Part shown: positions 11,867 to 24,300 of the stretch, in pieces
How the letters are laid out: each line of letters opens with the position of its first letter
Numbering within the stretch: the stretch's first letter is position 1
Source: Penicillus capitatus
Lineage: Eukaryota > Plantae > Chlorophyta
Assembly: GCA_965649825.1 (NCBI GenBank)
Contig: OZ287699.1
Coordinates: 1,456,477-1,520,476, forward strand
DNA: 64,000 nucleotides
Reading direction: 5' to 3'
Notes under the pieces: generated by a model
Seen by the model: only the letters and a program-made list of their open reading frames with translations
Database searches by the model: none
What the model was told of the DNA's origin: nothing
Program-made: the position numbers and the translations under genes

Positions 11867-13248
11867 TTACGATTGAAACCTTCTGGGGACATTGGATTCT
11901 GTGATTCTGGGCAATGTCTCTCTCATTTGTTTTCCATCTTTGAGACACCGTACTGCAAAACCTGTCTGCTGAGCTCTTTTCATAATTCTTGCCCCAAACG
12001 ACTGAAAAGACTGCATCAAGGCTTTGGAACTGGTTTTTAACTCGGTGCGCAACATGGTGACCATTTCGTGGTCCATCTCAGAATCCACGACCATCAACGC
12101 CACAATCAGAATGTAGCAAAGCAAAAGCCTTGATCTGGACTCTGGTATCTGATACCTCACCATCTGTCCTTGGCTTCTATCACAAGATCCATCCAATCAT
12201 ACAACCGTTGCGATACACAAGCTCTGACCTTTCTTCAAAGAAAACAGACAGCAAATATTCCAGCAGTGGAGGATCGATGCCGTGGGATTCAGCAAACTGA
12301 TGGAGTCTCTTCTTGGCGGTTCGTCGGATCTGGCGCTGGAGTCGATGTACTTTGAGCAAAGCACTCAAGAAACAGAGTCGTAAAGCCATACAGTGCTGTT
12401 CTGTTTCGTCCATGTCCTTCAGTTTCGCCATCTGCTTCATGACGAATCCAGACTCGCCTTTTGCATGCATCTCCATTCGATCATGATCTGAAATGGATGC
12501 CGTCAGAAATGCGACTGTCGGTAGACGTTCCTGGTGAAATGTAGGGCACAGTTCATCAAAGACAAAAGCCTCTTCCAGTGTCCTTCCGTCGTCATGATGG
12601 GGTGGCAGATTTCTCAGATCCGATGTTTTTTCGAACACCTGTCGACAGTTCTCTACAAGATCTTTCTTTGCAAGGCGCATCGTGCACCTGTTTCTTGGTC
12701 AGTCCATCTTCTTTGGACTTGGAGTTGATGGATTTTGCGATCGATCCAATCGCGCTGCCTGTCTCGACAGATTGTTCAGCTGGGCGGTTCAACTCTGCCT
12801 CTCTCAGTCGTTTCTTGGAAAGAGATCCACCAAAAGTGAACAGGGCAGCTCTCGTGCCCTCCATCCACCGTTCTCTCTCGGTCCCCTTCCTGGAAACGGT
12901 CGTTGCATCGGAAGGGGCGTACTGCAGTCCTGCGACACGAGGTTCCATTCGAAGGACGCCCTCTCCCAGAATGGGCATCAGCTCTAGTCGGCCTTCTGTT
13001 TTGTGGAACACGCCCAGAGCATAACGACAGGGTCGCTGGGCGCCAAACGACTCCGTCCCGACATACGTCACACTTTTCGATGCCTCTTCCCGTACTACGG
13101 CGATGCCTTGGCCGTCCTTGGATCGGATCTCATGTACCGCTTCTCTCTCTTTGGATGGCCGTCCGTCTGGAAAATAGAGAACTGCAGGACGGGCATTGCC
13201 GCCGAGAACCCGAACGTCGAGTATGCCTTCACCGTCGTCGTTGTCCAT
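11867..13248 (-). CDS. RPA49: RNA polymerase I subunit RPA49/PAF53-like
   Basis: N-terminal VTYVGTE..PCRYALGVFHKTEGRLELMP..VLRMEPRV and central LPPHHDDGRTLEEAFVFDEL resemble the A49 family. ORFs 12592-13275, 12180-12680, 11867-12196. Confidence 0.8.
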
Positions 13249-13480
13249 CAGAACGATACCTGCCGGTACCCGCACCGTCGGAGGGAGTGGCGTACCGTCA
13301 GCGCGAGTCAGGCATACGTCACGTCTACAAAATCCGCCGTCTTGCTGCTATAGTCGATATCCTCGATAGCCGGCCGGTAACGACGCTGCTTCGCAGTGCT
13401 CTTATTTTATCGTTTTTGTCGCTCTTCTAGAGCATTCAGATTTTGTGGACGTACCCTTGACGCTCCTCGAACGCGAAGGG

Positions 13481-15874
13481 ATGTTGTACAAGTGCGTTTG
13501 ACGGCTACGTCTTTCATTTCCCTCTTCTGTCTTTGGCCACACGGGATCTTGTCTGAAACGTTGCCTGTGTCCAGAGTTGGACACCGACCTGTTTTCATTC
13601 CTCCCGCCATACCACGCACCTTTCGCCGACAACTGGCGTTACGTGTGAGAGCTGCGACGAATGCATCTCAACACGTATCTCAGACACCGTCCCCTATCAG
13701 ACCAGGTATCTCTCCCCACTGTCTCTGTGATCTGCCCATCGATGTCGAGGGTGTGTCCGGTAGACCGCCTGGTAGACCGGTCATTGACTGCAATGATGAG
13801 TCAACTGATGACGCAAATCGGCGACTGGTGGACGCCGACCAGCAATGACGTCGTGGACGAGGGGGACATTCTCACTGTTGACGAGCTTGCTGATCAACTG
13901 CAGAGCGAAATGCAGAATGTATCAAAGACAGAGATGGCCGAAGCCGTTTTGAAAGACGTGGGGAAGACGGCTGCGCGTCCCAACATATGGAAATTCCTGA
14001 AGCCCGTGCCTCTCGAAGACATTCAGAACTCGAGGATCATGGCTTCGTTGGCCAATGTCTCCTACTATCTCCAAAGACTCCAAGTACGACACACGTGATC
14101 GTCTCACTGAGCACTGGGGTGACTGAATGGTATGCCCCTTAGTTCAAGTCTTTTCTAGGCAGGTATGGATTTCATCTGGTGACGACTTCGTTGAAATGCA
14201 AACAACCAGCAAAGGATGCCAAACTGACGGACGAGGCATTGATGTGTGGTGATGGAATGGCCGTCAGTGAGACGGAAATGAAGGAACAAGAGAAGGAACT
14301 TCAACAGAAGGCCACGCTGCCGGAATCCAACATCGTTGCTGCAGCAGATTTGCTTGAAACTGGAGAGAGCATCTGCGATCAGCAGAAGACATCTGGCTGG
14401 AGAGCGCAGTTTAACATGGGATCCGCAGCTGGATCGTTCTATGCACAAACGCTCTCTCAACTGGCAAAGCAGCTGACGACAGCGGCATCTGTGAGCCACT
14501 CTGCCGTCACAGATACGATGGCACGTGTGATGGGTCTTCTTCAAGTGGCTCTGCGTCCAATGCAGACACTGCCATCACAGAAACCGGCAACGATTGAAGG
14601 TCAGAAGACAATGGGTAATGGCGGCGGCAGTGGTGATGGTGCCGCTGTGACTGTCGAGATGATGAACAAGTGTCCAACGGAGTGGTTTGTTTGTGACAAC
14701 AAGAAAGAGGACACGCGTATCTTCTGCATCCAAGGAACACACAACCTCGATAGTTGGCAAACCAATCTCACATTCGATCCCGTTCCGTTTGAAGATGAGG
14801 CTCTTGGTGTACGGGTGAGTGATCCATGATGAAGGCCGCCTGCGAGTTGCGAAGTTTTGGAGGTCCATCGTGGTATCTATGAGGCAGCTCAGGGATTGTA
14901 TAGTCTATTTGTGCCACTGGTTCGAGATTACATAGATGGTGACTCTGAAAAGAAGATTTGCTTCACTGGGCATTCCCTTGGGGGCGCGATAGCTACCGTC
15001 TTGATGATGATGTTGGTTCACAGAGGAGATCTCCCCGTAGCACACGTGGGTCGAGTGTTTACTTTTGGAGGCGCCGCCTGTTTCTGTGACAGCACCGAGT
15101 GCGGTCCGTGTTCTCACACACACAAGTGCGATGTAAGATTTCGATATACTCCACCTGCGCGTGCGAATTTCATGATCTGTTTGTAGGGAGAGGATGATGA
15201 AACATGTAGCTGTACCTCTCGTGGAAGTTTGCTGGAGATTTTGGGACTTGCCAGCAACACGGTAGTGAATGTGGTCATGCACAAAGACATTGTCCCAAGA
15301 GCTTTTGCTTGCGATTACTCCCTCGTGGCAGATTTATTGCGAAGATGGAGCCATGCTTTCAGAAAGCACCACTGTTTGACCATCACAGGACGCTCCCTTC
15401 TGTACAATTTTATTGGAGAAGTCTACATTCTTCAACCCCATGAATCTTGTCGATACGTCTGCAAAGAAGGCTACCATCCAATGCTGCCTCAGGAAGCTGC
15501 CCTCTATAAACTGGCAGATCCAGATCATGAAACAATGTCCCTCAAAAAGAAGTGCGTTCGCGTAGCATCCGCCAGCAGGAGGTTGACAGATTGCTTGCCC
15601 GTGTCGTAGAATGATGGCAATGTCTGAGAATTCGGACGAAGCGATTGGGACAGAAGTGGAGAGCAAACGAGATGCTTTTTTGGCCTTGATGGACAATCCA
15701 CATCCGCTGGATATTCTGGCAGATGCCCGTGCCTACGGTTTCCAAGGCGCAATATCCAGATACCATGATCCACTTAACTATTCGAAGGGGCTTCGTTCGG
15801 TTATCAAGCATCAGGCCAAGCCTGGACCGCGTCTTTTCGGATGGTCATTCATCCCTCCTTATTTCTCAATGTAG
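13481..15874 (+). CDS. Class 3 lipase / plastid phospholipase A1 (PLIP-like)
   Basis: GHSLGG nucleophile motif; [48 protein letters not shown]. Spliced start MLYK|[27 protein letters not shown] looks like a chloroplast transit peptide. Confidence 0.9.
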
Positions 15875-16046
15875 ATAGACATTCTGTCGCGTTTGCTCTG
15901 TTAGCTGTGCAAGTCCATTTACACATCCATTAACTTTAAAAGAGCTTTTTTAGTCATCCCTATCAAATGAGTTCTGTTCGATGGTGGACGTTGGGAATGT
16001 CATTTTTACATTCTTCAGAGAAGCCGGACTGTCTGACCGTTTGTCT

Positions 16047-16907
16047 TTAGACAGTCTGTCCGTCGGGACATGCGAAAGAATGAGTGCTCACATACTGACA
16101 ATCGGATTTGAGGCCATGTCTCATGAGTAACATGGCCACTGCTACAAGGACATGCATGATTTGATGAGAGCTCATGCAATAATCAAAGTATCCAACTTCG
16201 TAAGGGATGCCTTTTATCCTTCTGGGCTTAAACCATCTCTCAGGAAAGCGCAAGGAATTGATAAAACCTCCAAAAAAGCTAATAGATTCTGCCATAACAT
16301 AAAACTTCCATCCATACATGTTCTCAATTCCAACAATCCGGCGAGCGAAGAGAACGAAGACTCTTATCAACACGAGTGGCAACATGGGCAGTGCACGTGT
16401 GATCGGCGTTGTTCCCCGTAGGGACATGTAAAGACCAATCCCGCCGAATACAAAGTATAGACTCGTCACACGCAGCCATAGATTGGGATGACATGGGAAT
16501 GCAAATGTGAAGATCTGTAGTTGTGATCCCAAGAGCAAGCTATAGATAGCACACACGTCGATTCGAATCCATAAGAAGTAATGATAGTGACAGGCTAAAC
16601 AGGTATGATAACTGACAGAGGCCATAAGACAGACCACAGCTGGCACTGTGGCAAAGACATGGGTCCATGCAGCAGATTCTGGAAAAGGGTCGTATCCCAT
16701 GAGCGCATAGATCAGTAGGATTGCCGGAATCAGGTGTGTCCAGATGTTTCCTGTTTCGTTGTGTACTTCGAAGATACTGCGCAGAGCAGCTGAATAGGTA
16801 TACCCTGCACGATAGCCGGACCGAATAAACTTATTGAACTGCAGAACAGGAGGCAGCTCATGAAAAAAGAGCAGACGGCGGCGCGGTTTTTCTTCAGAAG
16901 GACACAT
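16047..16907 (-). CDS. PAQR / hemolysin-III family heptahelical protein (HHP/adiponectin-receptor-like)
   Basis: Single exon, 286 aa. Motifs FNKFIRSGYR, HNETGNIWTH, SxxYH, D in WIRIDV, SSHQIMHVLV. Multiple hydrophobic helices. Confidence 0.92.
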   Translation of the reverse strand: MCPSEEKPRRRLLFFHELPPVLQFNKFIRSGYRAGYTYSAALRSIFEVHNETGNIWTHLIPAILLIYALMGYDPFPESAAWTHVFATVPAVVCLMASVSYHTCLACHYHYFLWIRIDVCAIYSLLLGSQLQIFTFAFPCHPNLWLRVTSLYFVFGGIGLYMSLRGTTPITRALPMLPLVLIRVFVLFARRIVGIENMYGWKFYVMAESISFFGGFINSLRFPERWFKPRRIKGIPYEVGYFDYCMSSHQIMHVLVAVAMLLMRHGLKSDCQYVSTHSFACPDGQTV

Positions 16908-16928
16908 GACGAGGCAGACCGACCGATT

Positions 16929-16933
16929 TTACA
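16929..16933 (-). terminator. Putative chlorophyte polyadenylation signal TGTAA
   Basis: TGTAA lies about 20 nt after the COX14-like stop. The same pentamer follows the PAQR stop and overlaps the stops of IFT144 (41152) and the orphan gene (19589). UGUAA is the known chlorophyte poly(A) signal. Confidence 0.45.
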
Positions 16934-16954
16934 CATCAGGTAAGGACGGACGTT

Positions 16955-17179
16955 CTATGTGTCTTTCTTCCCTTTGCCCGTTTTATCCTGTACAACATGG
17001 ATGCTTAGGATGACTGTCTGGAGATAAACATCGATTACGTGACGAGGCGATGCAGACTCCGTCGTGTGGTGATAGTAGAGACCACTGGCGACAGTGGCAG
17101 AGAAGCTCAATCCGAAAATGACGGTGCACAGACCCAACGTCGTCACCGTTACCTTGAATATTCCATCTGCCACGGACAT
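16955..17179 (-). CDS. COX14: 57-aa single-TM microprotein, COX14-like cytochrome c oxidase assembly factor
   Basis: Exons 17179-17039 and 16987-16955; 51-nt intron GTAATC..CTAAG..CAG. Product MSVADGIFKVTVTTLGLCTVIFGLSFSATVASGLYYHHTTESASPRHDKTGKGKKDT matches my recalled COX14 pattern ADxx(F/Y)KxxxTxxxLxTVxxGxxxSxxV. Confidence 0.65.
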   Translation of the reverse strand: MSVADGIFKVTVTTLGLCTVIFGLSFSATVASGLYYHHTTESASPRHVIDVYLQTVILSIHVVQDKTGKGKKDT

Positions 17180-17616
17180 CGTGGATGCACTAATGAGAAT
17201 ACATGCATCATCCATCCATTTGCGGCAACGAGTGAACGGACAGACGCGTCAGCAATCGCTATGGAATCTGTGACAACGCCCGTCTACGCAGCCGATCAGG
17301 TGCCATGGCGACCGCATGGACGCCATCTACAATGCGTCGCTGTGATAGATTGAGATACCGTCGGATCTGCCTCCCTTGCTAAAAGATTTTGCGAAATCTG
17401 TTCTCAGGCATCAGCCAGAGAATGTGCTGGAATACGCAGCGAGGTCATCGCTGTGTCTATGGCATAGGGCATGGATGACATGGGCTGTTGGATTTTAGGT
17501 ATTTCAAGGAATTGGCAGATCAGAATGACGAAGGGATGACAGCGAAGAGCTCGGCGGCGATGTGACGGCCTGAAGCATGCTTTGAAGACGGTATTACGAA
17601 TTTGTGCCATGCGAGA

Positions 17617-19308
17617 ATGCTATCGACATATGCGTCGCGTTTAACACGAACAGCAACATTCTCCAACGTCACCTCTTACGTCGAGCGCCACCGTCTTCGC
17701 GTCACACAAAACAAAACAGGACGCACAACGAGGGGAATTCCTTCACCGAGAGCAATGTCTGCAAGTCGTTTCTCCCTGTGTCGCATCGCGATGCCAGCAG
17801 TCTGCAACAGATTCAAACGGCTCCATGGACACCAATTCTGTTTGGACGGCGGATGCATTTCCACGCTACATTCAGAGTAATGATGGCGGAGACTTCTGTC
17901 GCAATTGGGAATCCGCCTTTCCCCGTCCCGCGAACGAGGAAGACGGCAGCTACGAATACGTCACGCGCAAAGGCAAGATGATATGGGAAGCAATCAGGTG
18001 CGCGACACCCATCCCAGATCCCCTGGTGAAGCCAAGGTGTTTGTTGGCAGACGCGAAGCCGAGAGAGATGCCAACAGTGAACCGTTGCTGTCGAGTTTTC
18101 TTTATGCCTCTATCCTAGTACATGACGGATTCGATCGTGCCTTGGCATTTGTACTGTCTAATCGAATCTCGAGCGAAATCATGCTGCCCACGCAGCTCTA
18201 TGAGATATTCCACGAAGCACTGTACTGTCGGGCAGATGTCTTGGATGCTGCATTCGCGGATGTCGCTGCCGTTCGTGAACGGGTATGCATTGTTATGACA
18301 AAGCGGCACAGTGACTGTCTTGTCGATGTTTAGGATCCGGCATGCTGTTCATACAGCAGCGCGCTTCTGTACTACAAAGGATTTCACGCACTGCAGGTTC
18401 ACAGAATTGCACATGCCCTGTGGAACAGGTGTGTTGAGAATGAACTGTCTAGTATGACGGACACGTCGTACGGTTTGTGATGACAGAGGTCAGACAGTCT
18501 TGGCTCTGAGTCTGCAGAGTCGAATGAGCGAGGTGTTTGGCGTGGACATCCATCCAGCAGCTGAGATCGGAACCGGCATACTCATCGATCATGGAACGGG
18601 TGTCGTCATTGGTGAAACGGCTGTGATCGGCAACAACGTCTCGATCCTTCAAGTCTGCACTTGATTCAAGATTCTGTCTCGTGATGTCTTCTGGCCAGAA
18701 CGTGACATTGGGAGGAACTGGTAAAGAAGTGGGAGATCGACATCCAAAGATTCACGACAATGTTCTGATTGGAGCCTCTGCTACGATTCTTGGTAACATC
18801 GTGGTGGGGAAGGGAGCGCAAGTCGCAGCTGGTAGTCTGGTATTGAAACCTGTTCCACCACATGCCATGGTGGCTGGATCTCCTGCGAAAGAGATCGGCA
18901 AAGTTTCTGGTTGTCCAGCCCTAAAGATGGAACAGTGGTGTAAGAAGCTCGATGCCGAGAGCAACCTCTTTGCAAAGGTAGATTCTCTCGGTATCAGCAC
19001 CTGCATGTTGAGCTGTCTCGTTTTAGGTATCCGAGGAGACCTTTTTGAATACTGTCCAGGTAATCAACCATCTCACACATTTTCACCCACCGTTAGGGTT
19101 TGCTTGATGGGCAGGCATCGACAGAAGAGAACGATGAGGAAATGACTGCAAGGGAAGAGTCTGTACATGTGCGTCATCGACATAGTTCTTTCCTGATTCG
19201 TCGTGACTGTGTTTTCATGTGCAGCATTCTGTGGTTGATTCGACAATGGATGATGACGAAGCCTTGGAGAAATGGCCGATTGCTGAAGCGCCAGAGTACT
19301 CAATCTGA
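17617..19308 (+). CDS. SAT: Serine O-acetyltransferase, probably organelle-targeted
   Basis: [83 protein letters not shown] (hexapeptide repeats). C-terminus ..APEYSI* ends in the Ile typical of cysteine synthase complex binding. Ser/Thr/Arg-rich N-terminus. Confidence 0.95.
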
Positions 19309-19588
19309 AATGCAGAGAACCTTTCTGCTGCTCCCACTGTCCATATGTACCAAACTGTTTGCAATTTCATGTCAAACAATACCCGTCACCCTTCTTCAAA
19401 TTCTTTTTTGTTGGCTTCTTCCATTGCCTTATTGAATAGATGTCTGCCTTGATGGGCGTATACGTCACGTCACATCTGTCGGCTGCCAATGCAGATCGTG
19501 TTCTAAGAGCGCGAATATCGGGAGACTGTGTGTTTGGTAACAGAGCGATATTGGGAGATGCAGATGTTATTTGGCTTACACAATTGTC

Positions 19589-20489
19589 TTACATTCCAAC
19601 GCCTTTAAAGAAATGGTCCATAGCCCCTTGAGCCTTATTGACGAGGGCATCCACAGCGGCAGTCTTCTTCTGGATTTCGGCGTCCATAATCTTTATCTCT
19701 TCCGTTATTTCGAACAAACTTCCAACGTCTTACGGTCTGCGCTGGCCTCCCTCGAATCGGCCGATGCGGGGCTGGCATCCAGAACGGCCTTGATTCGGCC
19801 CAATCTAGCTTCAAGCGCCTGACGGGAGGTCGACAACGGTTTGGCCCCGCAGACCGGACAGGCTGACCGCTTCCTGACGTGACGTCGGTCCGCGGGAGCC
19901 AGGGGTACTTCTCTGACTGTGTGCGCTCAGCTGTAGTCCTTGCATCGACTCAGCTCCTGTCTTCCCCGTCTTGCCGTTACGCGTGTGCGCGACCGCGGCG
20001 CAAGTCGAACTCGCGGATCGTTTTGTTAAAAAACGATGGAGATCGCGGTTGTTCTCCGTCCTGTTCAGCGCAAGAGCATGCTCTTCTTCCTCTCCAAGGA
20101 GGCAAAACATTGAATAAAAATAAAAAAAAAAGAAAAAGCTTACCTTCACCGCAAAATGACTCTTCACACCTACCGACTGACGCCATCAACTGCTCAATGG
20201 GGATTTTGGTGAGCCATCTCGCGGCAACAGTGGCAAAATCCGTGCACGACTTAACCTCGTCATCTAACTGCTTCGCTTCGTGCTTCTTCAGTTTGTAGAA
20301 GGGAACTGACTTTCTTTCTGTTCGAACAAACAGGTCGACGTCGTCAATAAGCACACGACTGGATTGGCCCTCACGTCTTCTGTGGACGGGAATTGTGGTT
20401 CTCTCCGTTTCGTCAAACTGGTCGACGTCGTCCATAAACACACGACTGGATTGGCCTTCACCTCTTGAACGCGTCGATTGATTTGCCAT
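19589..20489 (-). CDS. Orphan hypothetical protein (~249 aa) with N-terminal 29-aa duplication, a CPVC motif and C-terminal coiled coil
   Basis: Four-exon model 20489-20144, 20091-19981, 19916-19734, 19698-19589. All donors are GTAA(G/C) and phases are consistent. No recognised homolog. Confidence 0.5.
20333..20466. repeat. Imperfect ~47-bp direct repeat, 87-bp offset, within the orphan CDS
   Basis: ggtcgacgtcgtc(a/c)ataa(g/a)cacacgactggattggcc(c/t)tcac begins at 20333 and 20420 and encodes (R/G)EGQSSRV(F/L)(M/I)DDVD twice. Confidence 0.9.
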
Positions 20490-20541
20490 ATCGATGTCTG
20501 ATCAATGCCACGCGAAGTCTCAATAAATAGTGGGTACGGTT

Positions 20542-20700
20542 TGCAGCCACCGTGCTGGCCACGGTGGATGCAGACCTTATGATCCTAATCCACCACCGTG
20601 GCTGCAGACCGTATGATCCTGATCCAGCACGATGGCTGCAGACCGTATGATCCTGATCCAGCACGATGGCTGCAGACCGTATGATCCCGATCCACCACTA
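20542..20700. repeat. 34-bp minisatellite (4 copies) preceded by a short hairpin
   Basis: Unit gctgcagaccgtatgatcctgatccagcacgatg starts at 20567, 20601, 20635 and 20669; the central two copies are identical. Inverted repeat tgca-g-ccaccgtg / cacggtgg-a-tgca at 20542-20572. Confidence 0.92.
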
Positions 20701-21380
20701 ACCGCACCGTACCGGATCACACGCTTCGAATTTTAGCTGAACTCAAGGCGGCGTGTCAATGTGAAAGCCCCATGCCGCATTCGTATCGGAGAACGTCGAC
20801 GTGAAGAGCGAAGCGGCGAAAAATCCACTGCCGTAATCGCCATCTCCGTCAACAACGAAGTTCGTTCGAACGCCGACGAAGGATAGAAAGAAAGCTGCAA
20901 GACAGACCTCAGATGCACTTTGCCTGAGACGCCGCGGTCTTTTCAGGACAAGAGTCATCCAGTTGTTCCATCAAGCGGCGAAGGATCTAGCCACATTGAG
21001 CGAGGGCCAGAAAAGCACGTGTCTCCGTGTCACAGGGCATTTCAAGCAGATACCCCGCCAAACAAGAGATCGATCGGACTACGTTGTCTGGTTTGGTATA
21101 CTGATATCGCTTTCAAAGTGGAGCTGCTCTTTCCTTAGATAACATTCTCCAATGTGAACATCTCATTTCGTATAACAATATCGGGATGTTTATCCTATTG
21201 TGACGGCATTAAATCTTGTTATGGCTGATTTGATGTAGAAGAACTGCCTGCTGTGCAGTAGATAGATATACAACTTATCTAAACCATTCACAAAATGTGG
21301 TCTTGTCACAGCAGCTCCTTTAGCGTCAGAACTTCTACAAGATCTTCTATTGCTACAGAAAGTGCTTGTTTCGTTGACAG

Positions 21381-24300
21381 TTATGGTGTCGTGCGAATGT
21401 GGGCTCTTCCCAAAATTCGCTCGCAATTCTTCACTATACTACGATATCCATGTCTTTCTGCTGCTTCCATCACGATGCTGAGATCTCCCTGAGCACCATG
21501 CAATTCGGCGAGCCTGTCAGGATAAGAAAGCGTCAGAGGGATGATGCATTGGATGCACGCTCTCACTTGTATGCGGCATCAACGTTCCTAAGCTTGAGAA
21601 AGGCTCGAACTTTTGAGTGTGGGCTAACCATCAATTCAATCAGTCCTTCAGCAAACCAGTGCGTCCATTCTTCATTCTCTGGGCGCCCGCTTCTAACGAC
21701 ATAGGCAGAGACAGCGTGCAGCAAGATGTGATCCAATTGTTGGTCTGAAACTGTTCCCTTGATATTATTGACGAGATCCAGGATCGCCTTGTGCTTACGA
21801 TCCAGGGCCATCGCAGCGACGGTATTCGAATACGTCTCTGTCTCAGACAATCTGATGAGCATAGAGATGTCGCAAGTGACTGGGCAATGTCATGCTCGAA
21901 CCTGAATTCGAAGATCACTCTGAAACCCAATGTGAAATCTCTAAGCAGCAGTCTCTGCACAATGCGCATACGTCTGGAATTGTCTTCGGTGGTTGCTTCA
22001 GCCGTCGCTGTGAACATGGTACATTCACGCGGCGACCATTCCTCTACGCAAACAGTTACATCCAATCGAGATCTGTGCGAAGGATAACCTGATGGATCGG
22101 GATTCAAAAGCAGTTCCTTGTAGATGAGCAGTTGCAGAGTCGTACGGGCAATGAACGTCGAAAGCTCTGCTTGTGTCATGACGATGGGCATGTCATCGAT
22201 CACTTCTCGATGTCGCTGAATAACCGAAAGAGCTTCTTGAAAATGCATCTTGGCAGATTCAAGAAATTTTATGGCTGTCTTGGCATCCGTCGATTTCCAT
22301 GACAGACGAATGCATGTCTTGCCAGCAACATCCAAACGGTTTAGGACTTTCTGACAACGATAGAGATGTCGATAATGTCCTTGGTTCTCAAGCCACCTGA
22401 CCGAACCTTGCTGTGAAGATGATGCCCGAGAGAAACAGCATGTCTGCTCACCTGCACGCTTCTGTTAATGCTCTCCTTCCGCGAGTTCCACCATCTTGCA
22501 TGGCATTGATCATATCATCGACGGTTGCGTAGCGAATGGAAAGATCACAGATTTGCTCGACGTTTTCCACATCTCGGGCCAAGACACACGGATCCACCCC
22601 TGTAAGTCAGAAACGATGTCAGAATTGCTTAAAGGCAGACCGTCACTGCGCACCGTTGATCAGGTACTCAGACTCGGAGAATCGTTGCCCAAGTGGAGGG
22701 AGATTTCTTGCTGCGAACGTTGATCCGTAATTTCCCGGCAGAGACTGCTGCCTCGTATAAGACCAGCATCCACTCTAGAACCCAATCACATGCCTTGTTC
22801 GATCTCTCAGCAGCTAGCAATCATCAGACCGGTTTCTGAGAAGTGGATGGCTCTGTTGTCAAGGATTTTGATCGTTGGTGCTGAAGGGATGTTGAGCGTT
22901 GAAGAGGAACTGTTCTCGGTGAAGGAATGTCGGATTCGCTTGCCATTTCACTCGGAACAGAAGACATAGACGATCCTCCGCGATAGTCTCTCAGACTCGA
23001 TGTCCGGCACGATCCAGCACGGTCAGAAGCTGCTCGTTCTCTGCGGCGATGCACACGGGATGACGGTCCTCCTCCGTCGTCTTCCATTCCCACAGGGTAC
23101 ATGACTTGGCAGGCAATGTTGCCACGTGCATGCCTGAACATGAATGGGATCAGCAGCAAAGGGGCATATGCAGCAAGCAGTTCTTCACAGAATTGCACAC
23201 GATCTTCCATCAACGTGGACGATGCGGCCACTGTGATCATCTCTTTCCTTTTCATTTTTTCATGAAACCCAACCGTCTCTGGACACAAGAACGGTTCCAT
23301 CTCTGGCACCGTGCCACCCGTCAACAGTCGAACCAGTTCTTTGGCCGATGTTCGGAACATGGTCCCCAGTCGAGAATGTTTCAATGAATTGTGCAGAGTG
23401 AAGAAAGCAGGCATATCGATGGGGCATGTTGTTTCTAGCACCCGGACGAGTCGAATGGCTGCCTGTCTTGCTTCCATCCGCATGCGAGAGCTGTCCATTT
23501 GGAGGCCAGACGGAATGCAAAAGACGTAGGGGACGTGTTCCCTGGCAGAGAGGAAATTGCCCTCCTGGATGCATGCAATGACCCATGCTTCCCAGTAAGG
23601 CCGTTCGTCTATTGCACACTGTCTCGCTGTCCGAACAGCAAGATCGTATTTTTCAGCTGTCACGAGTCGGTGCAGCAATGTCTCGCACCGCAGTTGATCA
23701 CGTAGATCGAGAAGACTGACTTGAATTCCAGCCGTCAAGATCTTCTGCAGCAGCTCCACTTCGATTCGAAGAGCAACTTCTCCTCTCATCTTCGACGGTC
23801 CGGCTGCAAAGACGGATGGTATCTTGATGCTGTTATCATCTGCCGTATTCTTGCTCGTTTCTGAAGATGTCTCTGTCTGCATGTCATCTCCTGCCTTGGT
23901 GCTCAGTTTGATGTCGGCATAGGAGAGGATGTCGAGGCAGACGTCCACGCTTTGCTGGAAATCCTGGGCAACGATGGCATTCCACTCGAGTTCTCCAAAG
24001 AACCGTGACAGATGGGTATCTGCCAGATCCGTGGCAATTCGGTTGGCGGCCAACGCTGACGCTTCCGGAGAAGTCAGCAGATCCAAAAGGACTCGGAAGA
24101 GCGTCAGATTTGGCAAACCTCTGAAGAAATGCCGACTTCTTAACTAGACAATGTGCCATCCTTTATCAAAATCGCCACGATCATGCTGTTTGGATCACCT
24201 GGTCGTCGTGATACGGATCGCCTGACAGAACAGTCATGGGCACCAGTCCAACGCCGCCTGGCTGCGTGTCTGAGACAATTGATGTCTTGCGTGTCATCTT

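Noticed and set aside
17404-17610. 68-aa minus ORF MAQIRNTVFKACF..
   Set aside because: Its ATG is 6 nt from the SAT start, no family is recognisable and I found no coherent splice model; probably promoter or UTR.
20113-20137. A-rich tract as the poly(A) tail of a retroelement
   Set aside because: It is better explained as the pyrimidine-rich body of a 52-nt GTAAG..AG intron; no target-site duplication or RT remnants seen.
20567-20700. 34-bp repeats as a CRISPR array
   Set aside because: The units are directly adjacent with no unique spacers, there are no cas genes, and the context is eukaryotic.
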